A DNA stretch of 64,000 nt, taken from contig OY760183.1 in NCBI GenBank assembly GCA_963663275.1, positions 864,001 to 928,000 on the forward strand, written 5' to 3'. This document shows, one piece after another, positions 1 through 10,187 of this stretch. The notes under the pieces are model-generated. The model worked only from the letters and a program-made list of their open reading frames with translations, was not told where the DNA came from and ran no database searches. Position 1 is the first letter of the stretch, and the number at the start of each line of letters is the position of its first letter. The stretch comes from Chloroflexota bacterium (GTDB lineage Bacteria; Chloroflexota; UBA11872; VXOZ01). The translations under genes and the position numbers were made by a program.

Positions 1-10
1 CTTGATCCGG

Positions 11-438
11 CGGGGGACAAGCCCCCGCGCTACGTTGATGCGGCGGCCCGCAGTCTGCGGGGGACAAGCCCCCGCGCTACGCTGATGCGACGGCTACGGC
101 CCGCGCGCCCGCGGTTGACGGCGTTTCCACTGGTTTGGCACAGTTACGCAAGACTGCGCATTCGCTACGGGTTATGCTGGGGAAGTGAGAACCGGAAGAG
201 CGACGAATCCCCCTCACCCCGGCCCTCTCCCCCAGGGAGAGGGAGACGTTGGCCCCCAGGGAGAGGGAGACAGAGGTAGTAATGTTGTCGCATTAATCGC
301 GATGAGAATGAAGACTACGTTCGCTTCTCCGGTAGCGCAGGTTCGCACGGGAAGTGCGCGTAACCTGCGTCTCCCGTAGGGTCAATCCACCCCGTTTTCA
401 TTTTGCTTGCTCCGGCGGGGGACAAGCCCCCGCGCTAC
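11..438. repeat. Cluster of REP-like palindromes (family A, CGGGGGACAAGCCCCCGCGCTAC; family B, CCCCTCACCCCGGCCCTCTCCC)
   Basis: Family A at 11-33, 58-80 and 416-438; further copies at 7793-7815 (reverse), 18021-18043, 30849-30871 and 53518-53540. Family B near 209-245, also about 3240-3272, 3333, 55543-55632 and 59125. Confidence 0.85.
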
Positions 439-456
439 GTTTACGCGACAGCATTG

Positions 457-613
457 GACAGGGGTAGGCACTCTTGAATTGGCTTGATGTGTCATTCCGA
501 GCGGAGCGCAGCGGAGAGAGGAATCTAGAGCGGGGACCCACAAATCAAGCGATTCTAGATTCCGCTAACCCTGTTCGACGCTCCGCTCGAAATGACACTT
601 GCCTACCCCTGTC
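457..613. mobile_element. MITE-like element, diverged copy
   Basis: Terminal inverted repeats GACAGGGGTAGGCA / TGCCTACCCCTGTC enclose a GTCATTCCGAGCGGAGCG...CGCTCCGCTCGAAATGAC palindrome; no clear target duplication at this copy. Confidence 0.7.
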
Positions 614-635
614 CGCCATGGAGAGGGAGGCTTGC

Positions 636-2342
636 ATGAATACCGGCGACCTGCTGGCGGAACTGCTCATCGGCCATGGTGTGGAATACGTCTTTGGGGC
701 TATCGGCGGCCAGGGCTATCCGCTGAACGACGCGCTGCACCGCCGCCGGAGCAGAGCGCGCCACATTGCCGTGCGCGACGAGCGTTCCAGCGCCTACGCC
801 GCCGACGGCTACGCCCGGGTGAGCGGCAAGGTGGGCGTCTGCGACGCCGCCTTTGGCGTGGGCGTGCTCAAGCTGCCGTCCGGCTTGGCCGAGGCCTACA
901 ACTCCTCGATTCCCGTGTTGGGCATTCTGAGCAACGCCCCGCGCGACTGGATGGTATGGAACGAACGCGGCTGCACCGCGCAGGGCGTGGAACAGGTCTC
1001 GCCTTTCACGCCCATCACCAAAGGCGCGTTGCGCGTGACGACACAGGAGTCTTTGCCCGATACAGTGCGCTACAGTTTCCAACTCGCCAGCGCGGGGAGA
1101 CCGGGCCCGGTGGTGTTCGACATTCCGGCGGACGTGTTCAAAGAGGATTGGGACGCGGCCCCGGTGGACGCGGTGTGCAATCCGCGCGCCGGCCGCTTTC
1201 CCGCCTGGCGCGCGCACCCGGATCCGGCGGACACGGCAGAAGCGGCGCGGGTGTTGGGCAGCGCGGCGCGCCCGGTCATCGTGGCCGGCGGCGGCGCGGC
1301 GATTTCCCAGGCGTGGGACGCGCTCCGCAACTTCGCCGAGCGCCTTCAGATGCCGGTGGCCACAACCATTTCCGGCAAAGGCGTCTTTCCCGACGATCAT
1401 CCTCTGGCCGTTGGCGTCATGGGCGGGCAGTACGGCTCGGAAGCGGCGAATCAGGTAGTGGCCGCCGCCGACGTGGTCTTCCTGGTCGGCATGAAGTCGT
1501 CCCAGCAGGTAACGACCGCCTGGACCCAGCCCGCGCGCACGCAACGGATTGTGCACTTGGACGCGGACCCGGCGGAGGTGGGCAAGATCTTTCCGGTGGC
1601 GGCGGGCATGGTGGCCGACGCCCGCGCCGGGCTGGAGGCGCTGCTGGAATCATGCCGCGATTGCCAACCGGAGCGGAGCGCCTGGCTCGCGCAGGCGGCG
1701 GCATTCAAGGCGCGGTGGCAGGGCGTGATCCAGGCGGAAATGGACGATACGGCCAAACCCATCCGCCCGCAACACCTCATGGCGCGCCTCCGGCGGCGGC
1801 TCAAGCCGGAGGACATTATCGTCTCCGACGCCAGTTTCTCAGTGGGCTGGGTCGGGACCTACCTGCGGGCATTGCGCGGCGGGCAGCGTTTCCTGTTCCC
1901 GCGCGGCCTGGCGACGATGGGGTTTGGCGTGCCGGCGGCGATTGGGGCGCGCTTCGCCCAGCGTGAGGGCAAAGTGGTGGTCGTGGCCGGCGACGGCAGC
2001 ATCACCTACGCTCTCGGCGAAATGGCCGCGCTTGCCAAGTACGGCCTGGACATCATCGTGGTGGTCTTGAACAATAGCTGCCTGGGCTACAGCAAGATTT
2101 CGGAGATGGTGAACTACAGCGCGGACTATGAAGAAGTGGACTTTCCCGATACCGACTTTGCCATGATTGCCCGGGGCTTTGGCTGCGAGGGCCTGGCGGT
2201 GAAGGAGCCGAGCGAGCTTGACCCGGCCCTGGAAGCGGCGTTTGCGGTAAACGGCCCGGCGCTGCTCGACGCGCGCGTCGATCCCTGGCAGACGCCGGAA
2301 CTGGACCTGCGCCAGCGTTTGGCCGCGTTGCGGTCTGAGTAG
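636..2342 (+). CDS. Thiamine pyrophosphate-binding protein (acetolactate synthase large subunit-like)
   Basis: VRDERSSAYAADGYAR, GRPGPV and GDGS...NNS TPP motifs. ATG 636 follows GGGAGG; the ORF-track extension upstream is MITE sequence. Confidence 0.9.
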   Translation: MNTGDLLAELLIGHGVEYVFGAIGGQGYPLNDALHRRRSRARHIAVRDERSSAYAADGYARVSGKVGVCDAAFGVGVLKLPSGLAEAYNSSIPVLGILSNAPRDWMVWNERGCTAQGVEQVSPFTPITKGALRVTTQESLPDTVRYSFQLASAGRPGPVVFDIPADVFKEDWDAAPVDAVCNPRAGRFPAWRAHPDPADTAEAARVLGSAARPVIVAGGGAAISQAWDALRNFAERLQMPVATTISGKGVFPDDHPLAVGVMGGQYGSEAANQVVAAADVVFLVGMKSSQQVTTAWTQPARTQRIVHLDADPAEVGKIFPVAAGMVADARAGLEALLESCRDCQPERSAWLAQAAAFKARWQGVIQAEMDDTAKPIRPQHLMARLRRRLKPEDIIVSDASFSVGWVGTYLRALRGGQRFLFPRGLATMGFGVPAAIGARFAQREGKVVVVAGDGSITYALGEMAALAKYGLDIIVVVLNNSCLGYSKISEMVNYSADYEEVDFPDTDFAMIARGFGCEGLAVKEPSELDPALEAAFAVNGPALLDARVDPWQTPELDLRQRLAALRSE

Positions 2343-2374
2343 CGCGCAACGCCTGCGCCGGAGAGGAAACACCC

Positions 2375-3148
2375 ATGCGCTTGCAAGACAGAGTTGCCAT
2401 CGTCACCGGCGCGGCGGGCGGATTGGGCGCGGCGTACGCCCACGCAATCGCCCGCGAGGGCGCGCGGGTGGCCGTGGTAGACGTGCTGGACGGAGAAGGC
2501 ACGGTTCAGAGTATGCGGGCGCTCGGGCAGAACGCGATGGCGCTACAGGCAGATCTGACAGACGAGGATGCCGTACAACGGATGGTGGAGGAAGTGGCGG
2601 CGAAATTTGGCAGTATCGATATCCTGGTCAACAACGCCGGCGGCGCCGGACAGCAGGCCGCGGAATCCGCAATCGAGAAGATCGACCGGGCGCACTGGGA
2701 CGACATCATGGCGATGAACCTCACCTCTACCATGCTCTGCCTGAAGCACGTTACGCCGCACATGAAGCGCCAAGGCAGCGGCAAGATCGTCAACGTCTCG
2801 TCGCGGGCCGCGCGGGGCACGGCGTGGTTCGGCCAGGTGACGCCGGAGTACATCTGCGCCAAGATTGGCGTCATCGGCCTCACGCGCCAGGTTGCCAAGG
2901 ACCTGGGGCCGTTCGGCATCAACGTCAACTGCCTCGTGCCCAGCTTTACGGTCAGCGGCCCGGCGCTCCAAGCCGCCTGGGACAGCATGACGGACGCGGA
3001 GCGCGGCCACATGCTGGAGGCAACACCCCTGCGCCGCCTGCCCCGGCCGGAAGAACTGGCAAGCGTGGTGGTCTTCCTCGTCAGCGACGAGTCCAGCTAC
3101 GTTACCGGCGCGTGCCTGGACGTGAACGGCGGCTCGATGATGGCGTGA
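2375..3148 (+). CDS. SDR family oxidoreductase
   Basis: TGAAGGLG, NNAG and YICAK (YxxxK) motifs; RBS GAGGA. Confidence 0.92.
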   Translation: MRLQDRVAIVTGAAGGLGAAYAHAIAREGARVAVVDVLDGEGTVQSMRALGQNAMALQADLTDEDAVQRMVEEVAAKFGSIDILVNNAGGAGQQAAESAIEKIDRAHWDDIMAMNLTSTMLCLKHVTPHMKRQGSGKIVNVSSRAARGTAWFGQVTPEYICAKIGVIGLTRQVAKDLGPFGINVNCLVPSFTVSGPALQAAWDSMTDAERGHMLEATPLRRLPRPEELASVVVFLVSDESSYVTGACLDVNGGSMMA

Positions 3149-3363
3149 AGCCCGGGCAACGCGCATAAGCCGATCAACTTGCGTCTGAGCAGGCGTGCGC
3201 TGCCCGTGTGCGCTGCACAGGCGTGCGCGCGATCAGTCTCCCTCTCCCAAAGGGAGAGGGCCGGGGTGAGGGGGAATCTTCATTGGTTCCGCCCCATCTC
3301 GCAAGAATTGGATATGAGTCGCCGCAAAATCCCCCCTCACCCTAACCCTCTCTCCCAGGAGAG

Positions 3364-3509
3364 TTGACAGGGGTAGGCATTGTACATCCGACTTCACGTG
3401 TCATTCCGAGCGGAGCGCAGCGGAGAGAGGAATCTAAGGCTTTCGCTGCAAAAACGTCGGTTCTAGATTCCTCGCTCCGCTCGGAATGACACGTGCCTAC
3501 CCCTGTCAG
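3364..3509. mobile_element. MITE with 10-bp target-site duplication
   Basis: TIR TGACAGGGGTAGGCA / TGCCTACCCCTGTCA; CCCAGGAGAG on both sides (3354-3363, 3510-3519); sits inside a family-B REP. Confidence 0.8.
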
Positions 3510-3705
3510 CCCAGGAGAGGGAACCGTTCGCCTCCCAGCGCAGAACCCGCGGTACCGGTACGGTGTAGAATAGGGTGGAAGGAGAGTTTTCGCCGTCAAC
3601 GCCGGGGCGGCGTCATTGTGCGGACGGCGTTTCCCTGCGGCGGGGCGTGCCGCTGCCAGCCGAGTTCGTTCCTGAATTACGCCGTCACTTCAGGCGCGTT
3701 TGCCA

Positions 3706-5088
3706 ATGTCAGTCGCTCTCGTCGAACATCAAGAGGAAGAACGCGCGCCCGCCAGGATGGGCGCGCCGCGCTGCGCCGTGCTCACGTTGGGCTGCAAGGT
3801 GAACCAGGCGGAGACGGAAGAGATCCGGGAGCGTTTCGGGCAAGCGGGTTTCACGCCGGTGGCGTTTGGCGAACCGGCGGAAGTGAGCGTGGTGAACACC
3901 TGCACGGTCACCCACGTGGCCGACCGCAAGTCGCGCCGGATGATCCGCCGCGCCCAGGCCGCCGCCCCGGACGGAGTCGTGGTGGTTACCGGCTGCTACG
4001 CCGCCGTGTCGCCGGCGGAAGCGGCCGCGGTCGCGCCGGACGCCTTGGTGATCCAGCGGGACCGGCAGGACGAGATGGTGGACATCGTCAGCGCGGCGCT
4101 GCGCGAGCGCGGCGTGGCAGTCCCGGAGCCGCTCTCTCCTGAAGAACTGGCGTATGCGGCGCTGTTGCAGCCGGCGGCGCTGGTGGAACCGGCTGCGGGC
4201 CGCACGCGCAGCCGGGTGTTCGTCAAAGTGCAGGACGGCTGTTGGCACGCCTGCGCCTACTGCATCGTGCCCCGGGCCCGGGGCCGCTCGGAATCGCGCC
4301 CGGCAAATGAGGTCGTGCGGCGCGTGCGGCAACTCCACGCGGAGGGTGTGGCGGAGGTGGTGCTCACCGGCGTTTGCATCGGCGATTACGAGGAGCCGGA
4401 AACCGGCGGCAGCCTGACGGCGCTCATCCACCGCCTGCTCGACGAGACCGACGTGCCCCGCATCCGCGTTAGCTCCATCAATCCCATGCACTTCGATTAC
4501 GCCTTTCTCGACTTGTTCGCGCATCCCCGCATCTGCCGCCATTTGCACCTGCCGTTGCAGAGCGGCAGTCCCGCCGTGCTGCGGCGCATGAACCGGCGGC
4601 ACACGTTGGACGAATACCGCGCCATCGTGCGGCGGGCGCGCGCAATCTGCCCGGAACTGGCGCTGACGACCGACGTGCTGGTAGGCTTTCCCGGCGAGAC
4701 CGAGGAGCACTTTGCTGAGACGGCGGCCTTCGTGGAAGAGATGGCCTTTGCGGACTTGCACGTCTTTCCCTACTCGGTCCGACCCCGCACCAGCGCCGCG
4801 CGCTTCGACGGCCACGTGCCTTTTGGCGTCCGCAAGCGGCGGGTGCAGACGCTCTTGGCCGCGGTACCGGCGCTGCGCCGCGCCTACACCGAACGGTTCC
4901 TGGGCGCTACGCTGGACGTGGTGTGGGAGGAAGAGGTGGAGGGAATGTGGCGCGGGTGCAGCGATAACTACCTGCGCGTGTACGTCAAGGATGATACGAT
5001 GAGGCCGGGCACGCTGCGCGCCGCCCGGCTGCTGGCGCCGTACGCCGACGGCGCGCGCGGCGTCCTGGCGGCGGACGGGCAAGAGTGA
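3706..5088 (+). CDS. mtaB: tRNA t6A37 methylthiotransferase MtaB
   Basis: TLGCKVNQAE, NTCTVT, radical-SAM KVQDGCWHACAYC, LHVFPYSVRP; adjacent to a HIT gene. Confidence 0.9.
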   Translation: MSVALVEHQEEERAPARMGAPRCAVLTLGCKVNQAETEEIRERFGQAGFTPVAFGEPAEVSVVNTCTVTHVADRKSRRMIRRAQAAAPDGVVVVTGCYAAVSPAEAAAVAPDALVIQRDRQDEMVDIVSAALRERGVAVPEPLSPEELAYAALLQPAALVEPAAGRTRSRVFVKVQDGCWHACAYCIVPRARGRSESRPANEVVRRVRQLHAEGVAEVVLTGVCIGDYEEPETGGSLTALIHRLLDETDVPRIRVSSINPMHFDYAFLDLFAHPRICRHLHLPLQSGSPAVLRRMNRRHTLDEYRAIVRRARAICPELALTTDVLVGFPGETEEHFAETAAFVEEMAFADLHVFPYSVRPRTSAARFDGHVPFGVRKRRVQTLLAAVPALRRAYTERFLGATLDVVWEEEVEGMWRGCSDNYLRVYVKDDTMRPGTLRAARLLAPYADGARGVLAADGQE

Positions 5089-5114
5089 CTGTCACAAAGA
5101 AGTGAGGTAAGGCG

Positions 5115-5456
5115 ATGGAGTGCATCTTCTGCGGAATTGTGAATCGCAGCCTGCCGACCGAGCTTATCTACGAGGGCGAGACTATCGTGGCGTTTCGCGA
5201 CATCACTCCCCAAGCGCCGACCCACGTGCTGATCGTGCCGCGCGAACACGTGGAATCGGTTGCCGCCCTGGAGGCGGGGCACACGGCGCTGCTGGGCGAG
5301 ATGTTCCTGGCCGCCAACACGATCGCGCAGCAGGAAGGCGTCGGCGAGAGCGGCTACCGGCTGGTCTTCAACTGCGGCCGCGCCGCCGGGCAATCGGTAG
5401 ACCACCTGCACCTGCACCTGCTGGGCGGACGCAAACTCGGCTGGCCGCCGGGTTGA
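5115..5456 (+). CDS. hinT: Histidine triad nucleotide-binding protein
   Basis: CIFC start, HLHLHLLGGR, WPPG end. Confidence 0.93.
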   Translation: MECIFCGIVNRSLPTELIYEGETIVAFRDITPQAPTHVLIVPREHVESVAALEAGHTALLGEMFLAANTIAQQEGVGESGYRLVFNCGRAAGQSVDHLHLHLLGGRKLGWPPG

Positions 5457-5649
5457 GGGCAGTCGACGGCGCGGGACAAGGCGAAGCGCGCGCGGCGAAA
5501 CGCCGAAAGCGTGCGGCGCAACGCCGAAGTCGCGCGGCGGTTTGCTCGACTTGGCGCACAGCGCAGCGGCTGCCGCGCCGCTTTGACCGCGTGTAGGCGC
5601 TTCTCTATCATGGGGGCATAATTGAGAAGACGGGAGTAGGGTCGGCAAC

Positions 5650-5976
5650 ATGCGCACGGTGTATGACGACGTGGCGCTGCGGCTGGAGCGCGCCGAACGC
5701 ATAGCGGTCGCCACCGTAATCCAAACTCGCGGCTCCACGCCGCAAAAAGCGGGCGCGAAACTCCTGATCCAGGAGGACGGCCGCACCCAGGGCACCATTG
5801 GCGGCGGCTGCGTGGAGGCGGAGGTGTGGAAGGAAGCCACGGCCGCGCTGCGCGACGGGGCCTCCCGCGTGGTGGAGGTGGACCTGAACGACGACGTGAT
5901 GGGCGACGTCTGCGGCGGCACGCTCACGGTCTTCATCGACGTCTGGCGTCCTGAACACGCGCCGCCTGCCGGGTAG
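5650..5976 (+). CDS. XdhC/CoxI-domain protein (N-terminal domain only)
   Basis: GSTPQKAGAK, GTIGGGCVE and CGG motifs. Confidence 0.88.
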   Translation: MRTVYDDVALRLERAERIAVATVIQTRGSTPQKAGAKLLIQEDGRTQGTIGGGCVEAEVWKEATAALRDGASRVVEVDLNDDVMGDVCGGTLTVFIDVWRPEHAPPAG

Positions 5977-6205
5977 AGCGCGGCGGCCGGCGCGCTGGCT
6001 GACCGGCGGAGATTGCGCGTGCCCCGCTGCCGCCGCGGTATGGCCGGAGGCGCGCATGGCGTTCTTTGCCTCTCTCTCTATGCGCGGGCGCGGCCCCGTC
6101 CACCGAGCGGGCCCGGCTTCCCACGCGGCGCTCGCTAGAACCAAGCCAACTGCTGAAAGCAGCTTTTGTTGTGAGCGAATCGAACCCTGAGCAAGGCGCG
6201 GGCCG

Positions 6206-7060
6206 GTGTTAGCTTTGGCGCGGCAGGTCGCCGCGGCGTTGCAACGCCGGGAGCCGGCGGTGATGGTCACCGTCGTCAACGCGCGCGGCGGCGTTGGCGC
6301 CGCGTTGGGCGCAAAGTTGCTCGTGGCCGCCGGCGAACGCGCGCGCGGCTCGCTGGGCGGCGCGGCCCTCGATCGGGTGGCTCAAGAGACGGCGGCGGCG
6401 GTCATCGATGCGGGCGAGCCGCGGCTGGAGCGCTACCTGCCCAACGGCGCGCCGGCGCCCCAGCGCAGCCGGACTTTCATCCAGTTGCTCTACGAGCCGC
6501 TCCTGCCGGCGGACCGTCTGCTGGTGGTCGGCGCGGGCCACATTGCCGTGCCGTTGCACGAGATTGGCGCGATACTGGGCTTCGAGGTCATCGTGGTGGA
6601 CGACCGGGCGGATTTTGCCACGCGGGAGCGTTTTCCCCGGGCCGACGAGGTGCTCTGCATCCCGTTCAGCGACGTGCCCGCGCGGGTGGCCATCGACCGC
6701 GCGACCTATCTGGTGCTGGTCACCCGGGCGCACGAGCACGATGAAGCGGTGCTGCGCCAGGTAGCCGGTTCGGCGGCGCCGTACATCGGCATGATTGGCA
6801 GCAAGCGGCGTGTGATCACCGTCTACCGGCGGCTGCTGGAAGAGGGCGTCACCGCCGAGCAACTGGGGCGGGTCTACGCGCCGGTGGGCCTTACGCTCAA
6901 CGCGCGGACGCCGCAGGAAATCGCCGTGGCCGTGATGGCGGAAGTCGTCAGCGTGAAGCGGGGCGGCGCGAGCAACCACTCGGCGCTGCGCGAACTGCCG
7001 CGTTCCCTGCGCGCGGTCTCAGCCGCGCCCCGGCCGCCGGTGTCCTTGCCGGAATCCTAG
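6206..7060 (+). CDS. XdhC family molybdoenzyme accessory protein
   Basis: VVGAGHIA, DDRADFA, YIGMIGSKRR, APVGL...TPQEIA; start codon uncertain. Confidence 0.88.
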   Translation: MLALARQVAAALQRREPAVMVTVVNARGGVGAALGAKLLVAAGERARGSLGGAALDRVAQETAAAVIDAGEPRLERYLPNGAPAPQRSRTFIQLLYEPLLPADRLLVVGAGHIAVPLHEIGAILGFEVIVVDDRADFATRERFPRADEVLCIPFSDVPARVAIDRATYLVLVTRAHEHDEAVLRQVAGSAAPYIGMIGSKRRVITVYRRLLEEGVTAEQLGRVYAPVGLTLNARTPQEIAVAVMAEVVSVKRGGASNHSALRELPRSLRAVSAAPRPPVSLPES

Positions 7061-7314
7061 CGGCGCGCCGGGCCGGTAATGCGGGGTCTTATTTTCCCGC
7101 ATTGTGTAAGCGGCGGCGCGGCGGCTCGTCACCCGCCGCTGGGGAGAAACACGAACGTTCTCTGGAATACGGCGCACCGTCCGCGTGAGGGATGCAGAAT
7201 TATACGCAAGATGATACTCTAGGGTGCATACAGGCCAAGCGGCGGTCGGCGCGTATGTATATGGTCTGATTCATGGGTGTTTGCGGCAGCAAAGAGCGAG
7301 ATGCGGAGGGTTTC

Positions 7315-7734
7315 ATGAGAAGTGCGACAAGCATTCTGCTTGTACTGATGGTCATCATTGGATTGAGCGCGTGCCGGATAGGGCCAACGGCGTCGGACAG
7401 ACCCCTGGAGGAGAGCGCGGCGCTGGGCGAATTGGATGTGGCGGAACAAGAACCGGCGCTGGTCAACGTGCTCATCGAGGCCGAGGGCATGACGCCCTCC
7501 GCTATCGCCGTGCCGCGCGGGCCGGTGCATCTGCTCATTCAGAACAAGGCGGGCCAATCGCGGACGTTCGTGCTTTCCGGTAACGAGATGGAAGAACAGA
7601 CGGCGTCGATTTCCGCCGGGCAAGACTACACGATGGAACTCATCCTGGAACCGGGAATCTACGAAATCACCGTAACCGGCGGCGGCGATCCCATGCGCGG
7701 CGTGCTGACGGTGACCATCCCCAAGTCGATCTAG
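7315..7734 (+). CDS. Cupredoxin-like lipoprotein
   Basis: Lipobox LSAC; LEPGIYEI...MRGVLTV cupredoxin-like strands; canonical Cys/His copper ligands absent. Confidence 0.6.
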   Translation: MRSATSILLVLMVIIGLSACRIGPTASDRPLEESAALGELDVAEQEPALVNVLIEAEGMTPSAIAVPRGPVHLLIQNKAGQSRTFVLSGNEMEEQTASISAGQDYTMELILEPGIYEITVTGGGDPMRGVLTVTIPKSI

Positions 7735-7975
7735 ACACCGGCGCGATAGGCGTTGTCCTGGTGAATGCGCGCTCAGTCCCCGCCAACAGGCCGTAGCGCG
7801 GGGGCTTGTGCCCCGCTTCTTGGCGAGCGTGGCGCTCCATCGCCGGCGAGAGCTTAGTTTCACGCCTGCGCTTGCCGTTCCTGCACGCCGATTGAGTTTG
7901 CGCCGGGCTCGAACGAGTAGAGAAAACTGAAAGAGAGCCGTGCATGCCGCTGCACGGCTCTCTTCGTTTACTTTC

Positions 7976-10027
7976 TCATTCCTTCCGCTCGTAGCCCGGC
8001 ATGAAGCCTTCGAACATATCGCGCTTCTGCGTCCAGACGCGCTCGCCCCAGCCGTTTACGCGGGTGCCCCACTCCCATTCCGGCAGGCCGGCGGCGCGTT
8101 CGGCGGTGGGCGCAACGCCTTCCAGGAAGTCGCGCGGCAGCGCGCCCTGGCACTGGGCGGGCGGCTCGAAGCTCAGCAGGTGGCAGACCAGCGGCACAAC
8201 GCTGGTGAGGTGTGTGTAGCCCAGGCGGTCCACCGGACGTTGGTAGCCCTGCTTCAGGCCGGGCCCCTGCGCCAGCAGGAAGGCCAGGTTGGAGGATTGC
8301 GCCGTGCGGGCCGTGGGCAGATAGGGCCCGTGGTGCGCGCCGTACTCCCCCGGCTTGAAGACGTAGGGATCTTGCCCGGCCGCGTCCCCGCCGGGATAGC
8401 CGCTCACGTAGCCGTCCTCCATGGCGTACACGATGTCGCCGCACTGCGCGCCCCAGCAGCCCATGAGCGCGGCGTGATGCTTGGGCAGCGCCACGGCCAC
8501 CGGGCACTGTCCGGTTTCTTCATCCACCCATGAGCGCAGCAGCGTGATCACCTCGCGCTGGATGCGCGTGTATTCCGTTGATCCTTCCGGCGCGTTGATG
8601 AATAGTTCGTAATTGCGCACGGGCGTGATGAACACCTGCGTGCGCTCCATGTCGATCTTGGCAAAGTCCTCGTTGGGATCGAAGTGCGCCACCGGCTCCG
8701 TGTAGGCCAGGTAGCCGCGGTCGTGGAGCAGGCGGGGAATGTCGGTGGCGCGGAACTGGGGTATGGCGGCGTGGTCGGAAACCACAATAACGGCGGTGTC
8801 TTCAGGAGTATTCTCCAGCAGCGTAGCGAAGAGGCGGTCGGCAACCTTGTACGATTCGCGGTAGGCGCGCCAACCCTCCGCCGCGTTTTCCTCGCGGTAG
8901 CCGGGACACGCGGGATCCACCAGCGGCAGGAATATATGGTTGATGTAGTCGAAGATGTGGATGTGGGAGTAGAGCAGCGTGTAGTCGCGTTCTTCCAGCA
9001 GATGTTTGCCCACCTTGGCGATCCACTGGCACTGGTAGTCGATCTCTTCCAGGCAGGTATCCAGGTCGGCAATGCCCCAGACGTAGGGGAAGACCGAGGC
9101 GTGTTCGAGATAGGGTCCGAAACGCTCCACCAGCGCGCGGCTGAGCGCGGGCGGCTCGCAGAAGTCGTCCACGTGCATCACCTGTGAGCGGTAGAGCATG
9201 AGGCGGCTGCCGTCGGAGGCGAGTTCAACGGTCTTGCAGCGGAAGGCCGCCGGCTGCTCTTTGCCCTCCACTGTGAACGAGCAGTAGATCCAGTCGCTCC
9301 AGCCGCCGGCGCGGGCGCGGCCCAGTTCCGTGTGGCCGTCGCGTTCCGCGCAAATGGCGATGGTGTCGTAACCCGCGCCCTCAGTGTCGAGAACCAGTCC
9401 CCAGAGGGTCTGATTCTCGCCCTCGCGTTTGGTGATGATTTCGATGGGGAACTCCAGGGGCGGCTTGCCGCCGGCGGCGTTCTCCGGCAGATTTTGCCAG
9501 GCCCCGCGCGCCGCCGGTTGCAGGGCAATCCGCGTGCTATTGGTGACGCCGGCCGCGCTGGTGTAGCCCCAGGCGGGCGTGACCTCGAACGGCGTCGAGC
9601 CGTAGTTGGGATGCCCGAAGCCGTCGATGACGTGGGCGAGCGGATGCTGGCTGGGCGAGGCCGCGGGATAGTGGATTGCCACGCTCTTGCGCCCGGCTTT
9701 AGCGGCGGCCTCGAACACGTTCTCCGCCGCCACCGCCGGACGGACGAAAGCGGAGAGCGTCTGCTCCTCGTCGCGGGGCGTGGGCAGGTTCAGGAACCAG
9801 CGCGAGACGCTGTGGGCGCCGGTATGCGCGCCGGTGGCCAGGGTGGTCCAGTTGGTGGGCGTCCACACGGGCATAGAGGGATACGCCTCGCCCACGATGC
9901 CGGCTTCCGCCAGCCGCTTGAGGTTCGGCAGCAGCCCCTCGGCGGCAAACCGCTCGTACATGGGGAACATCATGCCGTCCAGTCCGATGACGTAGATGCG
10001 GCGTGCTTGTTTGGTCATTGCTTTCAC
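7976..10027 (-). CDS. Alkaline phosphatase superfamily / nucleotide pyrophosphatase-type protein
   Basis: VIGLDG, PTNWTTLATG (Thr nucleophile region), VVSDH, GAHHG. Confidence 0.82.
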   Translation of the reverse strand: MKAMTKQARRIYVIGLDGMMFPMYERFAAEGLLPNLKRLAEAGIVGEAYPSMPVWTPTNWTTLATGAHTGAHSVSRWFLNLPTPRDEEQTLSAFVRPAVAAENVFEAAAKAGRKSVAIHYPAASPSQHPLAHVIDGFGHPNYGSTPFEVTPAWGYTSAAGVTNSTRIALQPAARGAWQNLPENAAGGKPPLEFPIEIITKREGENQTLWGLVLDTEGAGYDTIAICAERDGHTELGRARAGGWSDWIYCSFTVEGKEQPAAFRCKTVELASDGSRLMLYRSQVMHVDDFCEPPALSRALVERFGPYLEHASVFPYVWGIADLDTCLEEIDYQCQWIAKVGKHLLEERDYTLLYSHIHIFDYINHIFLPLVDPACPGYREENAAEGWRAYRESYKVADRLFATLLENTPEDTAVIVVSDHAAIPQFRATDIPRLLHDRGYLAYTEPVAHFDPNEDFAKIDMERTQVFITPVRNYELFINAPEGSTEYTRIQREVITLLRSWVDEETGQCPVAVALPKHHAALMGCWGAQCGDIVYAMEDGYVSGYPGGDAAGQDPYVFKPGEYGAHHGPYLPTARTAQSSNLAFLLAQGPGLKQGYQRPVDRLGYTHLTSVVPLVCHLLSFEPPAQCQGALPRDFLEGVAPTAERAAGLPEWEWGTRVNGWGERVWTQKRDMFEGFMPGYERKE

Positions 10028-10187
10028 TCCCTTTGGAGACCATTACATAACTCCGTCACTCCGGCAAAAGCCGGAGTCCAGAGTGCGCTTACAACTAAAG
10101 TTAGCATGATTTCAAGCCTTTTCACCCCCATCCCAGCCTTCCCCCTCGAGGGGGAAGGGGCTATGCAAGGCTTTCATTTGGAGACCC

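Noticed and set aside
474-635. 54-aa N-terminal extension of the TPP enzyme
   Set aside because: It is translated MITE sequence; a good RBS precedes ATG 636.
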